From the NCBI RefSeq assembly GCF_001194135.2, contig NC_068997.1:20438046-20502045 (forward strand): a stretch of 64,000 bases of DNA. The letters run 5' to 3'. The stretch is from Octopus bimaculoides (Eukaryota). A model generated the notes under the pieces. It saw only the letters and a list, made by a program, of their open reading frames with translations, made no database searches and was not told where the DNA came from. Below, piece after piece: positions 13,154 through 24,204 of the stretch; the first letter of the stretch is position 1; every line of letters starts with the position of its first letter. A program made the position numbers and the translations under genes.

Positions 13154-14152
13154 CACACACACACATACATACACATGTATATATACATATANNNNNNNNN
13201 NNNNNNNNNNNNNNNNNNNNNNNNNNNNNNNNNNNNNNNNNNNNNNNNNNNNNNNNNNNNNNNNNNNNNNNNNNNNNNNNNNNNNNNNNNNNNNNNNNNN
13301 NNNNNNNNNNNNNNNNNNNNNNNNNNNNNNNNNNNNNNNNNNNNNNNNNNNNNNNNNNNNNNNNNNNNNNNNNNNNNNNNNNNNNNNNNNNNNNNNNNNN
13401 NNNNNNNNNNNNNNNNNNNNNNNNNNNNNNNNNNNNNNNNNNNNNNNNNNNNNNNNNNNNNNNNNNNNNNNNNNNNNNNNNNNNNNNNNNNNNNNNNNNN
13501 NNNNNNNNNNNNNNNNNNNNNNNNNNNNNNNNNNNNNNNNNNNNNNNNNNNNNNNNNNNNNNNNNNNNNNNNNNNNNNNNNNNNNNNNNNNNNNNNNNNN
13601 NNNNNNNNNNNNNNNNNNNNNNNNNNNNNNNNNNNNNNNNNNNNNNNNNNNNNNNNNNNNNNNNNNNNNNNNNNNNNNNNNNNNNNNNNNNNNNNNNNNN
13701 NNNNNNNNNNNNNNNNNNNNNNNNNNNNNNNNNNNNNNNNNNNNNNNNNNNNNNNNNNNNNNNNNNNNNNNNNNNNNNNNNNNNNNNNNNNNNNNNNNNN
13801 NNNNNNNNNNNNNNNNNNNNNNNNNNNNNNNNNNNNNNNNNNNNNNNNNNNNNNNNNNNNNNNNNNNNNNNNNNNNNNNNNNNNNNNNNNNNNNNNNNNN
13901 NNNNNNNNNNNNNNNNNNNNNNNNNNNNNNNNNNNNNNNNNNNNNNNNNNNNNNNNNNNNNNNNNNNNNNNNNNNNNNNNNNNNNNNNNNNNNNNNNNNN
14001 NNNNNNNNNNNNNNNNNNNNNNNNNNNNNNNNNNNNNNNNNNNNNNNNNNNNNTATATATATATATATATATACACATGTACATAGATATATACATATAT
14101 TAAGATATACATATATTAATATATACATATATACATACATATATATACACAT

Positions 14153-14213
<61 letters not shown>

Positions 14214-14249
14214 TATATACATACGCATATATATATATACACACACACT

Positions 14250-14293
<44 letters not shown>

Positions 14294-15753
14294 AACATGC
14301 ATACATATACGCTTGTGTCTTTGTGCTTGTCTCCCACCACCACTTGACTACTGGAGATGGTTTGTTTACATCCTTGTAACTTAGCAGTTTAGAAAAAGAT
14401 ACCAATAAATACCAGATGAAGAATATGTACTAGGGTCAATTCATTCAACTAAACCCTTTGAGGCAGTGCTCCAGCTTGGCCACAGTCTAATGACTGAAAC
14501 AAAAGATAACGATATCCATAGCTACATTATGCAATCAGGCCTTTTCTTTTTGATATGATGATATTACATAATATAATAGTTTTGGCTGCTATTTCTAGCA
14601 GGTCAAGCAACATGTACAAGCTCCTTCAGAGATAGTTTACAGAAGAGCATAAGTTGCTTATATTTTAAAATTTTGATTTTCGAGACTAGTTATCAGGTTT
14701 ATTATGCAAATAGAAAATAAGGTAAATTTGAGACTATATAAACCTGAGAATTATAGCAGAGAAATTCTTGCTGGATCTAATGAACAGGCTGATAGATATT
14801 CTGTTCTTACTACTAGAAACTCTGCTTCTGGTTACTTTAAGAGAAGCATGGACAACATTTGGTTAAAAACCACACAGCGTTATACACTTCACATATCCAG
14901 TATATTTGATGTGTAAGTGTGTGTGTGCGTATGTATTTATATATNNNNNNNNNNNNNNNNNNNNNNNNNNNNNNNNNNNNNNNNNNNNNNNNNNNNNNNN
15001 NNNNNNNNNNNNNNNNNNNNNNNNNNNNNNNNNNNNNNNNNNNNNNNNNNNNNNNNNNNNNNNNNNNNNNNNNNNNNNNNNNNNNNNNNNNNNNNNNNNN
15101 NNNNNNNNNNNNNNNNNNNNNNNNNNNNNNNNNNNNNNNNNNNNNNNNNNNNNNNNNNNNNNNNNNNNNNNNNNNNNNNNNNNNNNNNNNNNNNNNNNNN
15201 NNNNNNNNNNNNNNNNNNNNNNNNNNNNNNNNNNNNNNNNNNNNNNNNNNNNNNNNNNNNNNNNNNNNNNNNNNNNNNNNNNNNNNNNNNNNNNNNNNNN
15301 NNNNNNNNNNNNNNNNNNNNNNNNNNNNNNNNNNNNNNNNNNNNNNNNNNNNNNNNNNNNNNNNNNNNNNNNNNNNNNNNNNNNNNNNNNNNNNNNNNNN
15401 NNNNNNNNNNNNNNNNNNNNNNNNNNNNNNNNNNNNNNNNNNNNNNNNNNNNNNNNNNNNNNNNNNNNNNNNNNNNNNNNNNNNNNNNNNNNNNNNNNNN
15501 NNNNNNNNNNNNNNNNNNNNNNNNNNNNNNNNNNNNNNNNNNNNNNNNNNNNNNNNNNNNNNNNNNNNNNNNNNNNNNNNNNNNNNNNNNNNCTATATAT
15601 ATATATATATATATACTTTATTTAAAAGCAGCAGAAATATAACAAAAGCTGTTACTCAGAGTTTTATGTTCCTGTTCATCGGATAGTTTTGTTAAAATAA
15701 AGCATATTACTCTACCTCTGGTATTTGAGTACTCTTTTTTCCACCTTGTTTCA

Positions 15754-15798
<45 letters not shown>

Positions 15799-15836
15799 CT
15801 ATATATATATGTGTGTGTGTATATGTATGTGTGTGT

Positions 15837-15868
<32 letters not shown>

Positions 15869-16624
15869 ATATATTTCTAGTTATATAGCTGCATATATAT
15901 GTGTGTATGTGTGTGTGTAGGATCATCATGATTATTTAACATCCATTTCTCATGCTGGTATAAGTTTGGTGTTTTGCCAGAATCCTATGTGTCGCAGAGC
16001 TGTGCCATGCTGCAGTGTCAGCTTTGGTATGGCTTTTTTAACCATGCCAGAACAGACTGGGAGCCTGAACAGCTGGTCAGCTCCTGTCAAACTGTCCAAC
16101 CCATGCTAGCATGGAAAACGGACGTTAAATGATGATGATATACACATGCACATGCATGCACGCATAAGATGGGCTTCTTTCAGTTTCTGTCTATCAAATC
16201 CACTCATAAAACTTTGGTTAAACCGGGGCTGTAAGCAGAAGGCATTTGTCCAAATTGCCATGCAGTGGGACTGAACCCCAAACCATGTGGTTGGGAAGCA
16301 AGTGTCTTAATCATACAACCAGGCCTGTGCCTTTCACAGCCGTACCCACACCTATTATTAGTTGTTCTTTGGTGGAGAGGCTGAGGGGCGAGAGTAGATT
16401 TGTTTATCTTTGTTGGAGAAAGAGAGAGAGAGAGAGATTATGTTTAAAGCATTTGTGCAAGAGAAAAGGAGAGAGAACTTGTTAGAGATTCATTTTCTCT
16501 TTGTTGGAAAGTGCAATCTAAATGTAATAAATAGAAATAAATAGCCATTAATAATTTTGTGCTTATAAGAATTAAAAATTTTCATACAATTGTAAATAGA
16601 CTGTGCTGTCTCTCTCTCTTTCTC

Positions 16625-16835
16625 TTTCTCTCTCCCCACCTCTTCTACTAATTAGGTCACCTAGGCAACAAAATCTATCAACTACATCCAGTGAACCTTC
16701 CAAGCATTTTAAAGAATTTATTCCATGTGTATTTTTACTGCTATCTACTCCTCTGCATCTGCCGCATACAAAGTCTACCTTCTCTGTTAACCTGCTCATG
16801 ATTCCATTACACCTCTTGCGTTGTCGGTAGTTTAC
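16625..16835 (-). mobile_element. RTE-type LINE fragment (Cys-rich FVCGRC segment)
   Basis: Reads RKRCNGIMSRLTEKVDFVCGRCRG...LKCLEGSLDVVDRFCCLGDLISRRGG, matching the LEVVDxFxYLGxxI motif of RTE ORFs. Confidence 0.8.
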
Positions 16836-17952
16836 ACTAGGTACACCATATTTTATTCTGTTTTATCTTTTACTTGTTTCAGTCACTGGACTGTGGCCAT
16901 GCTGGAACACTGCCCTGACGGGCTTAGTTGAAACAAATTGACTCCAGGACTTACCCTTTTTTGAGAGTCTGGCACCTAATCTGTTAGTCTATTTTGCTGA
17001 ACTGCTAAGTTCCAGGGACATAATCAAACCAAAACTGTGAGTCAAGCAGTGGTGAGGGGGACACATACATATGTACATACATACACACACACACACACAC
17101 ATAAGTACACACATGCACACACACACACATACATACATAAATATATATATTTGCACAATGGGCTTCCACACAGTTCCCGTTTACTAACTTCACTCACAAG
17201 TCATTCCTTAGCCTGCGGCTATACCAGAAGGCACTTGCTGAAGGTGCTGTACGGTAGGATTGAACCTGAAACCATGTGGTTGAAAATTAAGCTTCTTAAC
17301 CACACAGTCATACCTGGAATTTCCACCTGCTCCTTTTCCGCATATTGAGCCTGGCCATTTTTCTGATGGTTGCAGGATCCTGTTTCCTTCTCGGTTTAAT
17401 AAAACTCTAGCCTTTGCTAAGTTTTCTTTGAAGTTCTTCAATTCTTAGCTTTCAAGTCTTCCAAGCCTAGACTTTCTTCTGAATCTTCTACAGATTGGCT
17501 ATAAGACTTAGGTAATCGGTATACAGGAATTCCTATAAACAGCTGCTCTCAATCTGATCTTTGTATATCTTCACATGCGCGCACATGCACACGCAGATGT
17601 CAAATGGAATTTCTTGAGGCAGATTTTTATATAGCCTGAATCTCTTCCTGTTGCCATCTCTTACCTGTAAGGACACCCCTTACATAATGGTGACACTTGT
17701 TTACAACTATCATGCAATGTCAAAGCAAGAAGACAGTGACCCCTTCCCTATATATATACATATATATATATATATAGTTGTTGAATGCTTGAAATGAGGA
17801 GTAGATAGACAGCCGACAACTGATGAAGGGTCCTTTCTCTGTGTTTACTTGTCCTGTTCTCCATTTTTTTCTTGTTGTTTACGTATTTAACTCATTTGTT
17901 TGCGTATTTAATGTTGTTTGAACCGTTGGTGACGTCCTGTACCCATATATGC

Positions 17953-18014
<62 letters not shown>

Positions 18015-18576
18015 TATATATTATTTACTATTTATATATATATGCGTAGCAAGTGTCTTCTACTATAGCCTTGGGCCGACCAAAGCCTTGTGAGTGGATT
18101 TGGTAGATGGAAACTGAAAGAAGCCCGTTGTGTATATATATATATATATATATATATGTTTCTGTGTCTGTATTTGTCCCCCCATTGCTTGACAACTGAT
18201 GTTGGTGTTTACATCCCCGTAACTTAGTGGCTCGGCAAAAGAGACTGATAGAATAAGTACTAGGCTTGCAAAGAACGAGTGCTGGGGTCAATTTGTTCAA
18301 CTAAAGGTGGTGCTCCAGAATGACTGCAGTCAAATGACTTAAACGGGTAAATGGAAAAAAAAGAATTTATATATATTTGCATACACAAATACAAGCACAC
18401 ACATACACAAACAAATGAAAAGTACTCAGTACATGATGTGGAGTATAGTTTTATCCAGAGGCAACAGACAGTCCACTCCATTGTTATTCAGACTTTCTAA
18501 TATAAATGCATAATATCTCATTTTTTTTTTTGTTTTTACTTCAGATAACATTAAATTTTCCTCTATCTTCTTACAG

Positions 18577-18667
18577 AATCATTTTAGAAGCTGACCCTTC
18601 TGCTATCGTCCAGAGAGTGGCAATAAAATCAGATGACATTCCATTAGGAGAACAGACAGTTGCACAG
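18577..18667 (+). CDS. COPZ1: Coatomer subunit zeta, internal exon (91 bp)
   Basis: Acceptor ttacAG (18575-18576) and donor GTaagt at 18668. First base completes GG|A (Gly), then IILEADPSAIVQRVAIKSDDIPLGEQTVAQ, matching [30 protein letters not shown]. Confidence 0.97.
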
Positions 18668-18692
18668 GTAAGTCATTCACATTGTGTGTGTA

Positions 18693-18726
<34 letters not shown>

Positions 18727-19296
18727 TGTAAATATATGTGTTGTTTCTATGTAAAATATGTGTATCTTTTTTCAGACTTGTGATAAGGAAAGTATAACTA
18801 TTGCTTGTAAAAAAAAAACACTCCACATGATAAAAAGTAAAAAAAAAAAAGTTTACAATTGCACACATACACTTATCCTAACCCCCATACACATGTACAC
18901 ATGCTTACACAGGCATAGCTACAGAGACATTCATATATGTGTGTGTGTGTACGTGTACATATATTGGTCGGGTTTGTCATTCATGGAGAGGAGAAGAATA
19001 TGCATGTATGTATATTCAAATATTTTATTGTCTTTTCTCCTCACCCTCAATTCAATATATTTATCTAATATCTTTTTACATTGGTATGAAATGTATGCTA
19101 AGGGAAATAACTCAAATGTGACCTGTAGCACATGAATTTAGATAGTCTACAGTGGTGGTGCTACACTGAATAGCATATGACAAAAAAAAAATTTTCAGTG
19201 AATTAAAATTTGCCTCTTAGTTGGTGAATGAAAACATGAACCTTATTAGTAACTCTTAAAAGAAAGGAAAATAATTTCAAAAATTTAGACCTATGT

Positions 19297-19679
19297 TGAA
19301 TCTTGGAAGGGTCAATATGCTAATAAACACATGAACTGGCTCTGTTTCACTTCTTTATCATTCATCAATTGATTAACTATTTAACCAATTAACTAATCTA
19401 TTGTTTGATTATTAATTGTTCAGTTTATCAATCAGTCAGTCACGTTTGTCAAATATTTTTCATCACGATTCACAACCTCGTTGATGATGATGTGTCCTCT
19501 TGAAGCTGATCTGAAGTAGAGAGGGCGTATAAAGAGGTCTAGAATGATTAATTAACCAAACGATTAATCAAACAATGAATTAGTTAATTGGTTAAATTAG
19601 TTAACCAATTGACGAATAGTAAAGGAATAAAACAGTACCAGTGCATGTATTATTGTCATGATGACCCTTCCAAGATACA
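19297..19679. mobile_element. Foldback / MITE-like element with ~125-bp imperfect terminal inverted repeats
   Basis: tgaatcttggaagggtca (19297) versus tgacccttccaagataca (ends 19679); atcaattgattaactatttaaccaattaactaatctattgtttgatta versus taatcaaacaatgaattagttaattggttaaattagttaaccaattgac; ~120-bp spacer. Confidence 0.75.
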
Positions 19680-19907
19680 GCAAAATCTGTTCCAACGCAC
19701 AAGTTCACATCAAGCATCTTACAAACCAAATACAGAAATGAAATTAACACGTTAACTGCCACAGCCTGTCACTGGGACTTAACGGTAGTGCTATGTATTT
19801 CGCATAGTCACACTGCATACTGTTTAATTAAAAGGAAATGTAATTTTTTTTGCATTCTTACAATATTTCGTAATCAAACTTTAATATTTATAACTCATGT
19901 TATTCAA

Positions 19908-20130
19908 CCCTTCAGTGTTCACATTATTCTGCCATAATTAATGCTTTTTTTATCCACATTGTTTTGAACTAATCATGCATTATCTTGTAGCTATGAGATT
20001 TTGATGAGGTAGCTGTTAAGTTTTAAAACGATATTGTATGGTTGGTGTGAGAGACCAGATCTGGCCAGTTTGAACATAGAATAGGCAGAATACTTTTTAG
20101 CCGGATATGGCCGGTTTAAATGCTAAAGGG
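19908..20130. mobile_element. piggyBac-like TTAA-targeting MITE
   Basis: Termini CCCTTCAG...CTAAAGGG flanked by TCAA (19904-19907) and TTAA (20131-20134). The empty TTAA site is visible in a duplicated flank at 20715-20718. A further partial right end lies at about 20270-20335. Confidence 0.8.
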
Positions 20131-21151
20131 TTAAATATCTTTAAAACCATTTCAAAGATGCAGAATGAAATATTTTCTCAAATTACGAAAATGTACCACC
20201 GGTTATGCATATGGCAGTTGTGTGAAGTTTGCGATGAACCACTGGTGGTACTTGTGGCAGTGAGCATGCTAAACATAAAGTAGGTAGAATATTTTGGCTG
20301 GATATAGATGGTTTAAATGCTTAAAGGATTAATGTAATTCTCGGACACAGAATCAGCATGGCACAATGTGTGATAAAGCTGTATCTTTTAATTACAGGGA
20401 GATGTAAAGGTGGTGCGCTGGCAGAATTGTTAGCATGCTAGGCAAAATACTTAGCGGCATTTTGTCCATCTTTATGTTCTGAGTTCAAATTCTGCTGATG
20501 TCAACTTTGCTTTCCATCCTTTCATGGTCAATAAAATAAGTACCAGTTGAGCACTGGGTGGGGTGGGGATGGGGAGGCTGTGTTGATGTAATCAATTTAC
20601 CCCCTCCTCCGAAATTGCTGGCCTTGTGCCAAAATTTGAAAGGGAAATGTAATTTTTTTTTTGCATTTTTACAATATTTCATAATTAAACTTTAATATTT
20701 AGCACTTGTGTTATTTAAATATCTTCGAAATGGTGCGAAAGATGCAGAATAAAATATTTTCTCAAATTATGAAAAATGTACCACTGGTGGTGTGTATGGC
20801 GGTTGTGTGAAGTTTGCAATGAATAAACAAAATCATCTGTGCAGGTTGTTCTGCATGAAATAGCAGAATCATTTTTTTTGGACTGCAAGAGACTACCATC
20901 ACATACCTGTATGTATACATATGTGTGTACCTCTATGTATACATACATATTTTGTATGTATGTGTATATGTACATATATGTGTGTTAAAACACACACACA
21001 CTCACACATTGGTATTCAACTGTAGAAGCCATTCCAAGATTGAGATATTGGTGAGGAACATGGTCTTCTATTCCATTGGATCCTACTGGATCCTTCAATC
21101 CATATCAATGTAAAGAGCAGACATAAAATGATAATGATATATATTTATTAA

Positions 21152-21397
21152 CCCTTTTATTGCAAAACTTGGATATATCTACTCAAAATTCCATTAACCT
21201 TAACTGTGGAAAGCAGTTTTATATACCGATGTATCCTTTGTTGCAGAATGTCATGTTTGAAACTATTTTTTGTTTTTTATTATTTCAAGTTTATCGAGGC
21301 ATCGAGACTTGTAGAAGATAGCAATCTATTTTGTTTTTTATAGATATTTAACATCATTTCTGGAATAACCACGAACTTTAATTTCAGAGTTAAAAGG
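21152..21397. mobile_element. Second piggyBac-like TTAA-flanked MITE
   Basis: TTAA (21148-21151) CCCTTTT...TAAAAGG TTAA (21398-21401). Confidence 0.55.
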
Positions 21398-21569
21398 TTA
21401 ATTTCAGGTGACAAAATGGTGAATCCTTTTTGTTGCCTAAAGGATCAAACATAGTGAAAAAAATCTAAGTAGTCATGGTGTGATTCATCTTGGGTTCAAA
21501 TGAATAAATGTGCTAGAAAATTACTATTTTTAAATCTCACAACAAGAGATATTCAGCAACAGTACTTTA

Positions 21570-21983
21570 GAGTAAAGATTGTTTGCCAACATAACATGGT
21601 AGTCCTGGTTTAGGACGAATGTTGCTGTAATTTAGCCCCAGGAGACATCTTTTCCAGCTGGTTATACGACACGATCTGTGTCCTTATATTTTTGAACAAG
21701 GGAATCTAGCACCCCCACTCAGCTCAAAACAATATCTGTGTATCGCGATTTCCGGGTTATTTCCCTTCATTATTCTGTGCTGATGAAGGGAAATAACCCG
21801 GAAATCATGATACACAGATATTGTTTTGAGCTGAGTGTGGGTGCTAGATTCCCTTGTTCGAAAATATAAGGACGCAGATTGTGTCGTATAGCCAGCTGGA
21901 GAAGTTATCTTCTGGGACTAAATTACAGCAACATTCGTCCTAAACCAGGACTGCCATGTTAAATTGGCAAACAATCTTTACTC
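21570..21983. repeat. Long near-perfect inverted repeat (two ~201-bp arms, 12-nt loop), probably an inverted Penelope-like pLTR pair
   Basis: Arm 21570-21770 is the reverse complement of arm 21783-21983, with about 15 substitutions and no indels by manual alignment. Loop is tattctgtgctg. Confidence 0.95.
21774..21818 (+). ncRNA. Type I hammerhead ribozyme-like motif (Penelope-like-element style)
   Basis: Stem I TCTGTG (21774-79) pairs with CACAGA (21813-18); core CTGATGA at 21780-86; stem II GGG/CCC around AAATAA with an A-G apposition at the first position; GAAA at 21801-04; palindromic stem III ATCATGAT (21804-11); NUH triplet ATA with predicted cleavage after A21812. Confidence 0.7.
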
Positions 21984-22357
21984 CGATAAATGTGCTGTTT
22001 GTGAATTGAGTACTATTTCTCTCGTTTGTGTATCCAGTTTGTCTTATGTTTCTGTCTATCTATCTATCTATCTATCCATTTATCTATCTTTTTTTTTTTT
22101 CCAATATACAAGTTGACACACTGTATATAGTGTAAACATATAATGTAAACATTCAAACATCGTCACTATCATTCTAAATTCTGCATTTCATGTGGAATAT
22201 TTGCTTCTCTAAAGTTATTTCAGTGTATAAGTCAATATACTATTTTTGGCTATAAATTCCGGTCTGGAAAATTTGACTTATATGCTGGAAAATATGGTAC
22301 CTACCTACCTACCTACCTATCTACCCAACCCTCACACTGAATGTGAATGTGTGTGTG

Positions 22358-22406
<49 letters not shown>

Positions 22407-22755
22407 TTGTGTATCCAAGTGTGTATGTATGTGTATTTATCTATTTACCTACCTAAACAGACCTACCCACTGAGTGTACAAACATATACACATTTATGTA
22501 TTCTAATGTGTGTGTGTGTGTTTGTCTGTCTGTCTAATTTGTGGAAACCATTTCCCATTATTTCATTTTATATTATTTACCATTTTAGTATAAGACAAAA
22601 AATGACAGACTTTGACAATATTTTACTTATACGTTCCTAGATAGAGTGTTGGGAAAAATATTAATTAAGAACAATTAATTAATATGCACATTAATACATT
22701 GTATCTCTGAGTTCAAATCCTGCTGTAATAAAATATTAAAGAAAAAAAAAAAAAA

Positions 22756-23170
22756 GATAGGTGCAGGAGTGGCTGTGTGGTAAGTAGCTTGCTAACCAAC
22801 CACATGGTCCTGGGTTCAGTCCCACTGCGTGGCACCTTGGGCAAGTGTCTTCTACTATAGCCTCGGGCCGACCAAAGCCTTGTGAGTGGATTTGGTAGAC
22901 GGAAACTGAAAGAAGCCCGTCGTATATATGTGTATATATATATATATGTGTGTGTGTATTTGTGTGTCAGTGTTTGTCCCCCCTAGCATTGCTTGACAAC
23001 CGATGCTGGTGTGTTTACATCCCCGTAACTTAGCGGTTCGGCAAAAGAGACCAATAGAATAAGTACTAGGCTTACAAAGAATAAGTCCCGGGGTCGATTT
23101 GCTCGACTAAAGGTGGTGCTCCAGCATGGCCACAGTCAAATGACTGAAACAAGTAAAAGAGTAAAAGAGA
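22756..23170 (+). mobile_element. Full-length tRNA-derived SINE ('family A'), the most abundant repeat here
   Basis: tRNA-like head with A-box (ggctgtgtggt) and B-box-like ggttcagtccc, a CORE-like ccttgggcaagtgtc segment, an internal (TA)/(TG) microsatellite and a 3' tail ending aagtaaaaga. Other copies at about 7121-7513(-), 10285-10625(+), 13000-13100(+), 14330-14510(+), 16150-16325(-), 16851-17300(-), 18045-18350(+), 30122-30271(+), 30344-30489(-), 35985-36110(-), 42665-42850(+), 50570-50720(+), 53030-53220(-), 53610-53760(+). Confidence 0.9.
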
Positions 23171-23506
23171 GGGTAAGAGTATACAGTAATATACTAAGGT
23201 TAATCCAATTCTTTTTGTCCTTCCTTTAATATCAAAATCATGGCCGTGAGCGTATGTGCTTACTCAAGAGAAATTTTTTTGTTTCTTTTTGTTTTCTTTT
23301 TCTGCTGTACTGATAAATTTTTCGTCAATGTGTTGCAGTCACCTGGTGTCGAGAAATAGTTTGAGGACATCAGTTTAGAACTGGAAGGAGAAAGAGATAC
23401 AATAAGGTGGCACAGATTGTAATATTTGGCTATTACATTCTGTTGATATTTACAATGAAGTGAATGTTTTATTTGACATTAAACGATCTTCATATTCAGC
23501 TTTTCA

Positions 23507-23545
<39 letters not shown>

Positions 23546-23992
23546 CACACACATACATGCATATTTGCATATTTATACATGTATGCTTGTATATATGTAT
23601 ATATTATTTATATATTATTTATATATTATATACATCTATTGTATATATATATATATATATATATATCCATGCTGTGATGTGATATTAAACTGGATTTCTG
23701 ATGGGACGTCAGTGATATGAGATATTGATATTGTCTCATCATAATCCTATTATGATTATCTGATTTTCAACTATTTCGATACCAATATTTACTACATTCT
23801 GAGTTATTTGATATTAAACTATCTTGTGATATCTGGTGGGACCCCCTTTACATTATTTACTGTCATATGAGATAGAGATATTATATTGAATATTAAACTA
23901 TTTCTGATATCAGGGTTTGGCGCCTATCACTATTCATCTACACACGCATAGACACACACGCATAGACACACACGCACACACACACACGCACG

Positions 23993-24046
<54 letters not shown>

Positions 24047-24110
24047 CACACAAACATACACACTTATATATTATATATATCGCATATATATGTATATATA
24101 TATATTATAT

Positions 24111-24148
<38 letters not shown>

Positions 24149-24156
24149 CACGTATG

Positions 24157-24204
<48 letters not shown>

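Noticed and set aside
17820-17850. CTGATGAAGGG, shared with the hammerhead at 21780
   Set aside because: No downstream CCC/GAAA box or stems I and III; at most a related repeat fragment.
18776-19135. Acceptor ttttcAG at 18775 followed by an open frame, as the next COPZ exon
   Set aside because: The translation is low-complexity (poly-K, HTHT) with no COPZ similarity.
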